IMG/VR virus record: IMGVR_UViG_3300010356_000998
Location: 32,001-96,000 of that record
Strand: one strand, 5' to 3'
From: a virus
Taxonomy: Duplodnaviria > Caudoviricetes
Length of the DNA: 64,000 bases
The first letter of the stretch is position 1, and each line of letters begins with the position of its first letter. Made by a program: the position numbers and the translations under genes. This document shows positions 36,172-45,726 of this stretch, piece after piece. Under the pieces are notes generated by a model. It did not search any database, had not been told where the DNA came from, and saw nothing but the letters and a program-made list of their open reading frames with translations.

Positions 36172-37076
36172 TTAAAAAAGTTTCATTTTTTTAAATCCAA
36201 AATTAAATGTTAATAATATGTGGGAAACTCTTCCTCATATTTCATACCTTTGAAAAGTATGAAGTGAGTATCCACATTATAGGAATTATGACAATTTCAT
36301 TAATGTAGTATAAGATTTTTATAATATTTTAGTTACCTCACTCATTCGCTTGTATGAAGAGCTTATGAGATAAAGTTAAAATACCATCAATCTTATAGTT
36401 TACATTATGACATGCATAATTAAATCTATAGACCCTGTTTATATTCAGTAGGAGTCTTCACTGTACAAGTTTCTTTGCCTTGTATTACTCAAACAGTAAG
36501 ATGTTAGCTAATCATTTACATTTAAGTGTCAATATGATCATAAGACACCGAGTAGATTCGTGATCTACACAGACACTACGGTCTGTATCTGACAACTCAC
36601 CAATAGTTATGAACGTTTATTAGATAAATCTAATACTCCGCTTGTATGGATAATCCACAACTATTCTTTAAAGGAGTGTAATGCTCCTTTGGCTTCTTTG
36701 TTTATAATGATCATTACTATGATCATTACTATCTTACGTCCCAGATTCGACAGTAAGACCACAATTACTAATGTGGCTTGCTTTAGGATGAGTCAGTTAC
36801 GCTCAAACATGTGTTTTAACCTATTAACACACAAAGGTCGAAATCGATAACTCAAATTTTAATTTAGTTAAAATAAAAACATATTCAGAGATGAGTTAGT
36901 CTCTTAGGTGTGTTTATCACCATTTACCTTTATTAATAACAGTTATCAGTTGTTATTAATACCACAGAACGCTTGAATGACTAAATCCTACTGTGGAAAT
37001 ATTAGTCAGCGCTAAACTAAGGATTTTAGTTTAGATTTACTTTTTTTACCAGAAGTATAACTGGTGAAGACTATCT

Positions 37077-37448
37077 TTACAGATAATCTTCAAGTGGGCG
37101 TCGACCCAATCGGGTCAACACCGCGTTAATCTGCTCGGTAGTGGCTTCTTGAGTCAGGTCAGTCGGCCAATATTGGGCGACTGTTTCGTAGTTGAAGCCC
37201 AGCAGGGATTGGATCTCCCAGATTGGCCATAGTTTACTAGAAGGAGCGTCAGAAGGAGCTTCGACCGTCTCCATTTTTTCTTCTGCAGCTGGAACGTTCG
37301 ATGGATAGAGCTTGTTCAGCTCTTCCATTTCGGCCTCGATGGCCTTTTTGAGCTCTTCAGCAGCACTGGTAGCGTTTTTAGCCGCTTCCTCTGCGGCCTG
37401 AACTGCCTCTTTCCATTTCTGGTTGAGGCTTTTGATTCTCTTGTTCAT
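37077..37448 (-). CDS. Ala/Glu-rich coiled-coil early protein, higher GC
   Basis: Probable start MNKRIK at 37448. Confidence 0.65.
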   Translation of the reverse strand: MNKRIKSLNQKWKEAVQAAEEAAKNATSAAEELKKAIEAEMEELNKLYPSNVPAAEEKMETVEAPSDAPSSKLWPIWEIQSLLGFNYETVAQYWPTDLTQEATTEQINAVLTRLGRRPLEDYL

Positions 37449-37489
37449 AAAATAGATTTCAAATTCTCCCTGCACGGAGATTTTAAAAA

Positions 37490-37807
37490 TTAGACCAGAT
37501 ACCAATATAATAACAGTGCAGTGTTATCAATGATATCTGGCCAGTTTTTTTCTACGAATGTGCCGCTTATCCAACTACCATTGTAGGTGTCACCATCCAT
37601 TATTACTTTGGATGGGAACAGAATAATGGTGTACTCATTTTCAATCACGCTACTGTCTGCAGCAACGTAATTGAATTTGAGTGGCTTGTGAGACTCTATC
37701 GCTGATTCCACATTGATAGTGGTTTCAGCGTTTTGATAATACGAAGCACCTATAAAGATGCTCGCAATTATCAAAACTGATACGAAAATTGTGATAAAAA
37801 GTTTCAT
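37490..37807 (-). CDS. Membrane-anchored or secreted protein
   Basis: N-terminal hydrophobic helix. Confidence 0.6.
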   Translation of the reverse strand: MKLFITIFVSVLIIASIFIGASYYQNAETTINVESAIESHKPLKFNYVAADSSVIENEYTIILFPSKVIMDGDTYNGSWISGTFVEKNWPDIIDNTALLLYWYLV

Positions 37808-38440
37808 GTTGTTAACAGTTGTAATGAAAAATTTTTGTTATACATAATATAACAAAAAAGTCATGCCAAAAACCTTTCGGTAAAAACAGCATGTAAAGAT
37901 GATTAAAGGTCTATTCCCCAACCAAATCCATCATAACTCACTGATTTACAACGATTTACAACGCTCAAGGCGAATACGTATCAGTGGATGGAGCCCGTAA
38001 CTGGGCAGTGTGGAAACACCTAATCATCTTTGTTTGAAAAACCATATTTTAAGGGAAGAAGTCATCGCATTTCTGCTCGTTCTTATCGAGTGTATTAACC
38101 TTCTGCTACTTATTGAGCATTGGTTTATACGAATCTATCCCTTATATATCTTAAAACCAGATAGTGACATCATCGCAGCCCAGTGATAAATCGAATGGGT
38201 TATTCTGCTCCGTCATGAAGATGAATTCAATTACCTATATTATATAGGTGTATTCATCAAACATCTTTACTATCTGGTTATCTAAACAAACCAGGTTGGA
38301 TTTTAAATGTGGTTTACTCCACTTTACCCCAATAGATGAAACTATTGAGTTTACTACTTTCAACCCGGTTTGTGACTGATTTAATTGAGCTTGGACAAAG
38401 GCTGTGGCCCCACACCCCGCAGAGTGTGAGACCACCACCA

Positions 38441-38731
38441 TCACCAGGCCATGTTCTTCAGGCTTTCGAAGGTCTCTTGGACCTTGCTAACAGCCTGGGC
38501 ACTCTCGGCCATACCCTCCATTCGATAGAAGGTCGCGCCGTTATACTCGTCCTCGACGAGCTTAACGACACCATTCAGGGTCAGGGCGCCGCACTTCCAA
38601 GAGTACTGAACGCCGTTTACAGTTTGGGTGTGCCGGTACGAGCCAGCAATCACCTCTTTCGTGTTAAAGTCCCGCACGACCCCGCCAACGGAGCCGATGC
38701 ATGGGACAAGGATAACATCTCCCTTTGCCAT
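38441..38731 (-). CDS. First leftward gene after the strand switch; high GC, unknown function
   Basis: 96-aa ORF flanked by strong hairpins at 38741-38773 and 38403-38436. Confidence 0.65.
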   Translation of the reverse strand: MAKGDVILVPCIGSVGGVVRDFNTKEVIAGSYRHTQTVNGVQYSWKCGALTLNGVVKLVEDEYNGATFYRMEGMAESAQAVSKVQETFESLKNMAW

Positions 38732-38749
38732 GATAACAGATTTTCACGA

Positions 38750-38890
38750 CAGGGGGAATTCCCTGCCGTAAAAGTTAGTGGGGGGTGGGGGCTGGGATAC
38801 CCTATCAAATAAGCTGTCTCCTCAAAAAACTTTATAAATAAAAGGGGGGAGGGGTACTTTTATTTCAAAAAAAGACCGGGTGGGGTACTT
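38750..38890. other. G-tract-rich divergence point (candidate origin or genome-terminus region)
   Basis: Several G4-G6 runs and GGGGTACTT twice; coding strand switches here. Confidence 0.5.
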
Positions 38891-38912
38891 ACAAAAAATA
38901 TTTTAAAAATCA

Positions 38913-38997
38913 TTTTGCGAAAAATAATATAAAATGACACAATTTGCAAAAAACACTAAAATAAAAAAATAAAATAATTATTTTTTCCTTATCTTTG
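38913..38997 (+). promoter_or_regulatory. Rightward promoter: conserved upstream box plus TAnnTTTG
   Basis: TTTTGCGAAAAATAATATAAAATGACACAATTTGCA, then TATCTTTG at 38990; paralogous to 49749-49834. Confidence 0.65.
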
Positions 38998-39004
38998 TAC
39001 CGTA

Positions 39005-39441
39005 ACATGAATAACATAGGTATTCATATCACCCGATTGCAACTCATCACCATGAGAGAACTAGGATCTGGGTCAGACGTTGGATAGGTAGGACGCTGAT
39101 GAAAAAAGCAGCAACATAGTCCGAGGGTTTCTCCGACAGTTACGAAAATGGCTTAAATGTATAAGCTTGTAGTTGAGATAGAACGAGAGGGTGCCGATAA
39201 CAGTAGGCGCGGTTCTGATGACCAATTTACCGAAAAGGAAAAACATCAGGTTCTATCGGGGTTTTAAAATGCACTGGCTACATGGAAGATTTAAGCTAAA
39301 CGACCGGCACGATAAGATCGACAGTTGGTCAAACGGTAAACGTCAAGTTAATCCGATAGGGAGAGGTATATCTAAAAATAAAGATTCTTCTTTTACATCA
39401 GGGATAATATTTAAAGATAATGTTTAAAGTAATCGGGGGTG
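39005..39441 (+). ncRNA. Large structured ncRNA candidate (~410-440 nt)
   Basis: Many complementary segments (see findings); GC higher than flanks; lies between two TATCTTTG boxes. Confidence 0.6.
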
Positions 39442-39489
39442 TTGTATCTTTGTGTTAAATTAACCTAACGAGTATAAAAACAATAATTA

Positions 39490-39849
39490 ATGGGTATAAA
39501 ATTTAAAATAATCGTTAAAAGAAGTTCGATTAATAAATTGAACGATCTTATTTATAAAAGAAAAGTATTAGTATTTTTAATTAATGGAGAAGAATATTGT
39601 ATAATGCAAACAGATAATTATAATGATGAAGATGGGTTTAATACATCAATTCATATATGGCCTAGATGCTGGGGTTATGATGGTTATAAAGATGGTCACA
39701 GCATGTATATAGTTAATGTAACTAATGATATACTATTAAGCTATTCTGAATATTTAATTGATGTTCTAAATAAACTTAAAGAAAGATCTTTAATTGATTT
39801 ATCAGTTATTGAAATAAATGAAAATGACACAACATCAGAAGATACTTAA
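39490..39849 (+). CDS. Hypothetical protein
   Basis: 119-aa ORF after TATCTTTG (39445-39452). Confidence 0.6.
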   Translation: MGIKFKIIVKRSSINKLNDLIYKRKVLVFLINGEEYCIMQTDNYNDEDGFNTSIHIWPRCWGYDGYKDGHSMYIVNVTNDILLSYSEYLIDVLNKLKERSLIDLSVIEINENDTTSEDT

Positions 39850-40135
39850 TTATATAGGTTTGATCAGAGAATCACATTCTAGTATGGTTAATATTTTTAC
39901 AAAAGGAAGTTGTTTCAATTTCTATTTGATTTTAAAACAAATGTATCCGCAAGCAATACCTTATTATAATATGGATCATGTGATTACTAATATCGATGGT
40001 AAATATTATGATATTACTGGAGAGGTGAAGAATATATCAGGTTATTATAAAGGATTAACAAATCATTTTATAAAACGTAAACAATCACAAATTATAAAAC
40101 AATTATTAAAGTATGAGTATAAGAATGAAAGCTAG
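39818..40135 (+). CDS. Phage protein with GSCxxF...HV...YYDITG motif (possible Cys-His-Asp triad)
   Basis: Motif spacing in the translated ORF. Confidence 0.55.
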   Translation: MKMTQHQKILNYIGLIRESHSSMVNIFTKGSCFNFYLILKQMYPQAIPYYNMDHVITNIDGKYYDITGEVKNISGYYKGLTNHFIKRKQSQIIKQLLKYEYKNES

Positions 40136-40307
40136 AGGTAAAGGTGGTAAACCAAGTATAACTTGGGGTAGAAAAGCATCTAAAAAATTACACACATCAG
40201 AATTTAAACCTACTAATAATAGTAACAAAAATTACACTAAACATGTTCTTATAAGTTTACTACTATTTGTTAGTATTATACTTGGGTTTATATTATTTAA
40301 AAAATAA
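40113..40307 (+). CDS. Small basic protein with C-terminal TM helix
   Basis: Hydrophobic C-terminus. Confidence 0.5.
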   Translation: MSIRMKARGKGGKPSITWGRKASKKLHTSEFKPTNNSNKNYTKHVLISLLLFVSIILGFILFKK

Positions 40308-40312
40308 ACAAT

Positions 40313-40699
40313 ATGGAATTAAATATCTTAAACAAGAGGTTAAATGTAGATTCAGATACGTTTCATGAAAAATCTGAATTTGAATTTTGGAATATTTATT
40401 TTCAACTTCTTAATTTAAGAAACCCTGTTTTAACTGATAAAGATTGTAGTATAATGGCTTCTATATTAACAGAACCATTAGAAGAGAATGTTATTAATAT
40501 GAAAAGAATTGAAGAAGTAACAAAAACAAGTGCTACAAATTTATATGCTAAATTTAAGCAATTGTGTGAAAAGGGCTTTTTAATTAAGAATGAAGAAGGG
40601 TATTTATTAAATCCTGCATTAATAGGTTTTCAAAAATATATTAAGAAAACGACAAACAAAAGAATTAAATTTACAATACCTTTAGAGATATGTCAATAA
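40313..40699 (+). CDS. Winged-helix DNA-binding protein
   Basis: LTDKD..I, helix-turn-helix, L.EKGFL.K...Y.LNP pattern. Confidence 0.65.
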   Translation: MELNILNKRLNVDSDTFHEKSEFEFWNIYFQLLNLRNPVLTDKDCSIMASILTEPLEENVINMKRIEEVTKTSATNLYAKFKQLCEKGFLIKNEEGYLLNPALIGFQKYIKKTTNKRIKFTIPLEICQ

Positions 40700-40881
40700 T
40701 TGAAACTATACTAGAATGTCAATCTGACTATTATAAAAGACATAATCGAGCGGTATCTTTGTTAATGTTAAATAAGGATACTTATAGAAAGTTGTTAATG
40801 GAATTAGAAAAAAGTCATATAAGTAATTTACACGGTATGCAGATTATTTTAAATTCTAAGAAAAATTTAGAATTAATATGA
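40690..40881 (+). CDS. Small hypothetical protein
   Basis: 63-aa ORF coupled on both sides. Confidence 0.55.
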   Translation: MSIIETILECQSDYYKRHNRAVSLLMLNKDTYRKLLMELEKSHISNLHGMQIILNSKKNLELI

Positions 40882-41228
40882 CGTCTAAAATAATAGAAAA
40901 GATCTCAAAAGAAAGAAAATTACCACCTGAACAAGTTAAAATGGTAATTGATAGTTTATATGATGGGTTAAGATATTACTTAACCAACCCTTTAGAAACC
41001 AAAGATGGTATTATATTACATAACTTTTTATCTTTTTATATTGATGAAAAAAAAGTAAATAAGTATGTAGAAAGATTAAAATTAAAACAATTTAAAAACC
41101 CACCTAGATCTGAAGAAAGTCAATTAGAATTTTATGACGATCTTTTAAAAGTAAAGAAAAAATATGAAAGACAAAAGAAACAGCCAGTATTCAATCAACA
41201 ATTTGGTACAAGAACACCGCAAGAATGA
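40878..41228 (+). CDS. HU/IHF-like DNA-binding protein
   Basis: IIEKISKERKLPPEQVKMVIDS helices followed by I.LHNF.SF strands. Confidence 0.6.
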   Translation: MTSKIIEKISKERKLPPEQVKMVIDSLYDGLRYYLTNPLETKDGIILHNFLSFYIDEKKVNKYVERLKLKQFKNPPRSEESQLEFYDDLLKVKKKYERQKKQPVFNQQFGTRTPQE

Positions 41229-41760
41229 TTTAGTAAAAAGAAGAAGTACATCTGCTAATTTTACAGATGATGATATTCCTGAAATAAGTCAGGAAGAATT
41301 AGCGGCTATTTATGAATATAATAGTTCATTAGCTAATATTGATTCAGAATATGCTTCCGTACAACCAATGTCTAAGGTTTTAGTAAGAGTGTTTTTATTA
41401 GAACCTCATAAAACAGAAAATGGACTTTTAGAACCTCATACTCAGTTATTACCTGTTCCTACTAATAGTGGTTATGGTTCGGTTATGCAAATAGAATCAC
41501 CATTTCCTTATTCAAATAAAGCAATTGTAATAGCAACTCCTCCTACATTTTCTATGATTAAAGTTGGAGATATTGTACAATTAGAAAGTAATCCAGTTAA
41601 ACCAATTGTTACTGGTTCTGGTGCTAACGCTAGTGTACATGTACCTTATGCTTATATGCATCCTTCCGCAAATACAATTGAAATTCCCACATCCTGTACT
41701 AATAAACATTATGGTTATTTGTTAATTCCTTTTCATGAAATAGCAACTAAAATAGCATAA
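41164..41760 (+). CDS. GroES/Cpn10-like protein with N-terminal extension
   Basis: QPMSKVLVR...KTENGLL...AIVIA.P....IKVGDIV...YLLIP..EI pattern. Confidence 0.5.
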   Translation: MKDKRNSQYSINNLVQEHRKNDLVKRRSTSANFTDDDIPEISQEELAAIYEYNSSLANIDSEYASVQPMSKVLVRVFLLEPHKTENGLLEPHTQLLPVPTNSGYGSVMQIESPFPYSNKAIVIATPPTFSMIKVGDIVQLESNPVKPIVTGSGANASVHVPYAYMHPSANTIEIPTSCTNKHYGYLLIPFHEIATKIA

Positions 41761-42128
41761 TGATGAAATACTATACACCTACTGAAGATGAATTTTTTAA
41801 CGGGTTTGAGTATATTGAAAATGAAATAACAAAGGTATACCATAATCGAATACTTGGTATTGAAAATTTAAAAATTAAATATTTAGATGTAGAAGATATT
41901 TTAAAATTAGGTTTTACATTAGAAGAAAATAAAGATGGTGTTTATAAATTTAATAAAATGTTCTTTGGAGAATCTCCATCATTTTATGAATTGATTTTTA
42001 AATTAGAAGATCGTACATTAACATTAAATGAAGTAAATCAGTTTAAAACTACAAATTTATTTTTAAATTTTCATTTAAAAAACATTAGCGAATTAAAATG
42101 GATTCTCAATAGATATGGGATTCTCTGA
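41760..42128 (+). CDS. Hypothetical protein
   Basis: 122-aa ORF. Confidence 0.6.
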   Translation: MMKYYTPTEDEFFNGFEYIENEITKVYHNRILGIENLKIKYLDVEDILKLGFTLEENKDGVYKFNKMFFGESPSFYELIFKLEDRTLTLNEVNQFKTTNLFLNFHLKNISELKWILNRYGIL

Positions 42129-42360
42129 AACAAAAATAAAAAAACCAGCATTAATGGGTTCTACTCTTAAACATACTTTTATATACAATGGTGATAAAAA
42201 AATTGTTAGAGTAAACCCATTATGCGATTGTGTAAAATCTAATATAAACCATCCTAATTATACTTTTTGGTTTAAAGTTAAAAGTAATTCTAATAAAATT
42301 ATTGTAATTACTTATAATGATGAATCTAAAGAGTTTTTAGAATTACAAGCAATAACATGA
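42115..42360 (+). CDS. Small protein with P.CDC motif
   Basis: 81-aa coupled ORF. Confidence 0.5.
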   Translation: MGFSETKIKKPALMGSTLKHTFIYNGDKKIVRVNPLCDCVKSNINHPNYTFWFKVKSNSNKIIVITYNDESKEFLELQAIT

Positions 42361-42788
42361 GATTAAATAACTATTTCGATTTAAGAGAATTTATACCTCC
42401 TCAAATATATAATCAATTTGGAGAAAGATCTTTACAATTTTTAGATCCTAAAATAATAACTTTAGCTACAGCGTATAGAGAATTTTTTCAATTACCTGTA
42501 GTTATTAACAACTGGCATTTAGGTAAAGGATTTTCATATAGAGGTTATCGTCCACCTAGAGTTAACGTTGGTGGTGAATATTCTCAACATAAGTTTGGAA
42601 GAGCTTTTGATTGTAACATTGGAAAAATGAATGAGTTGCAGATGTTTAATGCAGTAAAAGAAAACTTTGAATATTTTAAACAGTTTGGATTAACCACTTT
42701 AGAAGATTATAGATTTACAGATGGTTGGTTACATTCAGATGTTAGATTTACAAATAAAGATGAACTTTTAATTGTAAAACCATTATGA
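42357..42788 (+). CDS. Peptidase M15-family endolysin
   Basis: GYR, SQHKFGRAFD, WLHSDVR Zn-ligand motifs. Confidence 0.8.
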   Translation: MRLNNYFDLREFIPPQIYNQFGERSLQFLDPKIITLATAYREFFQLPVVINNWHLGKGFSYRGYRPPRVNVGGEYSQHKFGRAFDCNIGKMNELQMFNAVKENFEYFKQFGLTTLEDYRFTDGWLHSDVRFTNKDELLIVKPL

Positions 42789-42803
42789 TTGAATTATAAT
42801 AAA

Positions 42804-43403
42804 ATGAATAGTTTTATAAATATAAAAAAAGAATTAAAACCAGATGAAAACTTTTGGGAGCTTAATCCACATTTAAGATTTGTAAATCCTTTTTCAAAAT
42901 TATATTCAGAAGACGAATCTAAAAATAAAATTGATTCTTCAAAAACAATGTGGTGTATATTTTATTTATCAGAACCTGATGAAGATATAAATCTTTATTA
43001 CAGATTATCTGAAGATGAAATATATGAAGTTTGCAAAAGTTTTCATCCTAAGTTTTCAATAGAAGATGAAGTTGTTTTAGAATGTATATCAGTTTATCCT
43101 GAAATTTGTTTAACTGTAATAGAAAGACTTTTAAAAACAACTAAAGATCTTTTTAAGAAAAGAAATAAATTTTTAAAAGAAGCAGATTATAATTTTGAAA
43201 CAATGACTGCTATTGATAATGCTATAGCAAAGACTCCTAAAATGGAAGAAGATTTTGATAAAATAGTTCAGAAATATACTGAAAGTAAGAAAACTGAAAT
43301 ACAGTTATATGGAGGTAGAAAATTAACAGCTAGAGAAAAGAAAACGATTAGAACTATAAATAATGATACAGACTTTAGAGCCCTTGAAGGCGACATTGAT
43401 TAG
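42804..43403 (+). CDS. Conserved pre-terminase protein (possible small terminase subunit)
   Basis: Overlaps the terL start; function inferred from position. Confidence 0.45.
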   Translation: MNSFINIKKELKPDENFWELNPHLRFVNPFSKLYSEDESKNKIDSSKTMWCIFYLSEPDEDINLYYRLSEDEIYEVCKSFHPKFSIEDEVVLECISVYPEICLTVIERLLKTTKDLFKKRNKFLKEADYNFETMTAIDNAIAKTPKMEEDFDKIVQKYTESKKTEIQLYGGRKLTAREKKTIRTINNDTDFRALEGDID

Positions 43404-45726
43404 AATTGAAAATATAAAAACATGGTTGGTTAATGTACCTAAATTACATCCTGATTCTGAAAGATTTAGTAAGTTATGGTCTTTATACACTAAGTATAGT
43501 ATTGAAGGACTTTGGGGATATGATAATGGTGGATGGAGATATATGCCAGGTACTTTATTTTTCTATGGTAATTTCTTTTCAATTCTAGACATAGATCGTA
43601 AACAAAAAGTAAGACGATACGTCAGACCAACTATTAGAGATATTGATTGGATGTTACATTATGCTTATTTAGAAGCTCAGGGTTTTTCTGGTTGGTCAAA
43701 CGATGATGAATATACGTCTAATTATGATGTATTAAACTGCAAATCTGTATCTGATACTACAGATCCTGATTTAATTAGTTCAAAAGGTACTCTTAAAAAG
43801 TTTATACATCCCAGAGATAATATTAAAAAGTTGCATGATGAAAATAAAGGAGTTCCTTTATATGCAAACGCTACTAAAAATCTTATGGTTTTTGGTTCAA
43901 GAGGTGGTGGTAAATCATTCTCTTTTGCTGGTATAGCAGCGCATCATGTAACTTTTGATGGATTAAAATATTTTACTCAAGAAGATTTTGATAATCCTCC
44001 TACTATTGAAGTATGTATTGGTTCTGGTGGTACAGAAAAATCATCTGAATTGTGTACAAAAATAGAAGATGGTTTAAAACAGTTTGGTACTAATAATGAA
44101 TTAGGTGTTTGGGGAAGAGCTGATAAAGGAGATGATGATTATACACCTAATCCTTTTTATAGGGATTGGGAAGGTTCTATAGCAGTTGGTAATAAAAAGA
44201 ATCCTTTTAGATATGAATATTCTGCTAAAATAAACGATCGTTGGATTAAAGGTTTAGGTACTAAAACTAAATTAGTTCACGTAAACTATTCTGATAAAAA
44301 ACAAGGAGGTGAAGCTGCAGCGGCTGGTGGTCGTTATGTTTTACATCTTTATGAAGAAGTAGGTTTAATGGCTAATATAGTAGACGCTTGGTTTTCAAAT
44401 GTTGGTACTGTAACAGATCCTGATGGTAAACAATTTGGTGTACAAGTTGCAATAGGCACTTCTGGTAATATTGATTTGGTGCAACAATCTAAAAAAATAT
44501 TTACAAATCCAAATGATTATAATTGTTTAGAGTATGACGATCTTTGGGAAAATAGTGGTAAGATAGGTTTCTTTTTACCAGCGTATTTAACCAACTCTAA
44601 ATTTAAAGATGAGAATGGAAATACAGATATAGATGCTGCTTTACAGTTTTATATGAATCGTAGATTAGAAGCAGCTAAATCAACAGATCCTGAATCATTG
44701 CGAAATGAGAAAATGAATTATCCTATTATTCCATCAGATATGTGGATATCTTCTAAAGGATATTACTTTCCTATAATGGAATTAATGGATAGAGAAAAAA
44801 ACTTAGTAAAAAAATCAACTTATCGTAATATAGGACAAGCTACTAAATTTACTTGGGATTCTAATTATCCTAGAGGTGTTAGGTCAGATTTAGATTTAGA
44901 AGCTGAACCTTTTTACGAATTTCCTTATAATAGAAGTGTTTCTAAATTAGATGGTGCTATAATGATTTATCAAAATCCAGAAGAAATTGATGGAGAGATT
45001 CCAGACGATATGTATTTCTTTGTATTAGATCCTTATGTAGCAGATAATATAGATGAAGGAGAATCTTTAGGTGCTTTTTATGGATTTGTAAATCCTAAAT
45101 ATGGTTCTAAATATAATGGTGGTACAATGGTGTGTTCTTATATAGGAAAACATCCCAATGGGAAAGATTCTTTTTATGAGAATATAGAAAAAATTATAGC
45201 TTATTATGGTAATTGTTCAAGAAGTTTATGGTATGAATCTAACCGAGGTGATTCTGTTAGAGGTTATTTTTTAATGAAAAATAAATTAAATTTATTAGCT
45301 TTAGAACCTTTAAGAGAACGTGGTAATAATATATATGAAAGAAAAGTTATAAAATTTGGTATTCCTGTAAATAGTCAGGAAGATAAATTACAAATGATAA
45401 CAGATGCTTCTGAATATTTATTACAAGAAATTACATACAATAATGAAACATTAAGAGTTATTGAAACAATACCTGATATATTTTTAATTCGTCAAATGAT
45501 GAATTTTGAAATTAAAAAACATAAAAACTTTGACGCGGTGTCAGCATTCATATTAGCTCCTTTTGTTATGAAAGAATTGAGACACAAAGAAAAAACAGAA
45601 TTGGAAAAAAAGACAAGACATAACCCACTATCCTTTTTATCAGTAAATCCAAATGTATTTGATTTAGATGATACTAGGAATAGATTACTAAAATTTAAAT
45701 ATGCAACACAAGACTCAGATAATTGA
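43363..45726 (+). CDS. terL: Terminase large subunit (crAss-like)
   Basis: SRGGGKS Walker A, YEEVG Walker B, GTSG, LDPY, YESN, NFDAVSA nuclease motifs. Confidence 0.9.
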   Translation: MIQTLEPLKATLIRIENIKTWLVNVPKLHPDSERFSKLWSLYTKYSIEGLWGYDNGGWRYMPGTLFFYGNFFSILDIDRKQKVRRYVRPTIRDIDWMLHYAYLEAQGFSGWSNDDEYTSNYDVLNCKSVSDTTDPDLISSKGTLKKFIHPRDNIKKLHDENKGVPLYANATKNLMVFGSRGGGKSFSFAGIAAHHVTFDGLKYFTQEDFDNPPTIEVCIGSGGTEKSSELCTKIEDGLKQFGTNNELGVWGRADKGDDDYTPNPFYRDWEGSIAVGNKKNPFRYEYSAKINDRWIKGLGTKTKLVHVNYSDKKQGGEAAAAGGRYVLHLYEEVGLMANIVDAWFSNVGTVTDPDGKQFGVQVAIGTSGNIDLVQQSKKIFTNPNDYNCLEYDDLWENSGKIGFFLPAYLTNSKFKDENGNTDIDAALQFYMNRRLEAAKSTDPESLRNEKMNYPIIPSDMWISSKGYYFPIMELMDREKNLVKKSTYRNIGQATKFTWDSNYPRGVRSDLDLEAEPFYEFPYNRSVSKLDGAIMIYQNPEEIDGEIPDDMYFFVLDPYVADNIDEGESLGAFYGFVNPKYGSKYNGGTMVCSYIGKHPNGKDSFYENIEKIIAYYGNCSRSLWYESNRGDSVRGYFLMKNKLNLLALEPLRERGNNIYERKVIKFGIPVNSQEDKLQMITDASEYLLQEITYNNETLRVIETIPDIFLIRQMMNFEIKKHKNFDAVSAFILAPFVMKELRHKEKTELEKKTRHNPLSFLSVNPNVFDLDDTRNRLLKFKYATQDSDN

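Noticed and set aside
38336-38812. 158-aa plus-strand ORF
   Set aside because: Antisense shadow of the GC-rich gene at 38441-38731; it runs into the G-tract region
33710-39050. Recurrent AACTCATC octamer (near 33711, 35278, 36890, 39041) as a phage promoter
   Set aside because: Short, noticed after the fact, and at inconsistent distances from genes; needs a proper motif analysis
39215-39250. Hammerhead ribozyme (CTGATGA...GAAA)
   Set aside because: No stem II can form between CTGATGA and GAAA; CTGATG pairs instead with CATCAG at 39244
39191-39427. 78-aa GTG-start ORF
   Set aside because: Lies within the paired region of the ncRNA candidate and has no A-rich leader
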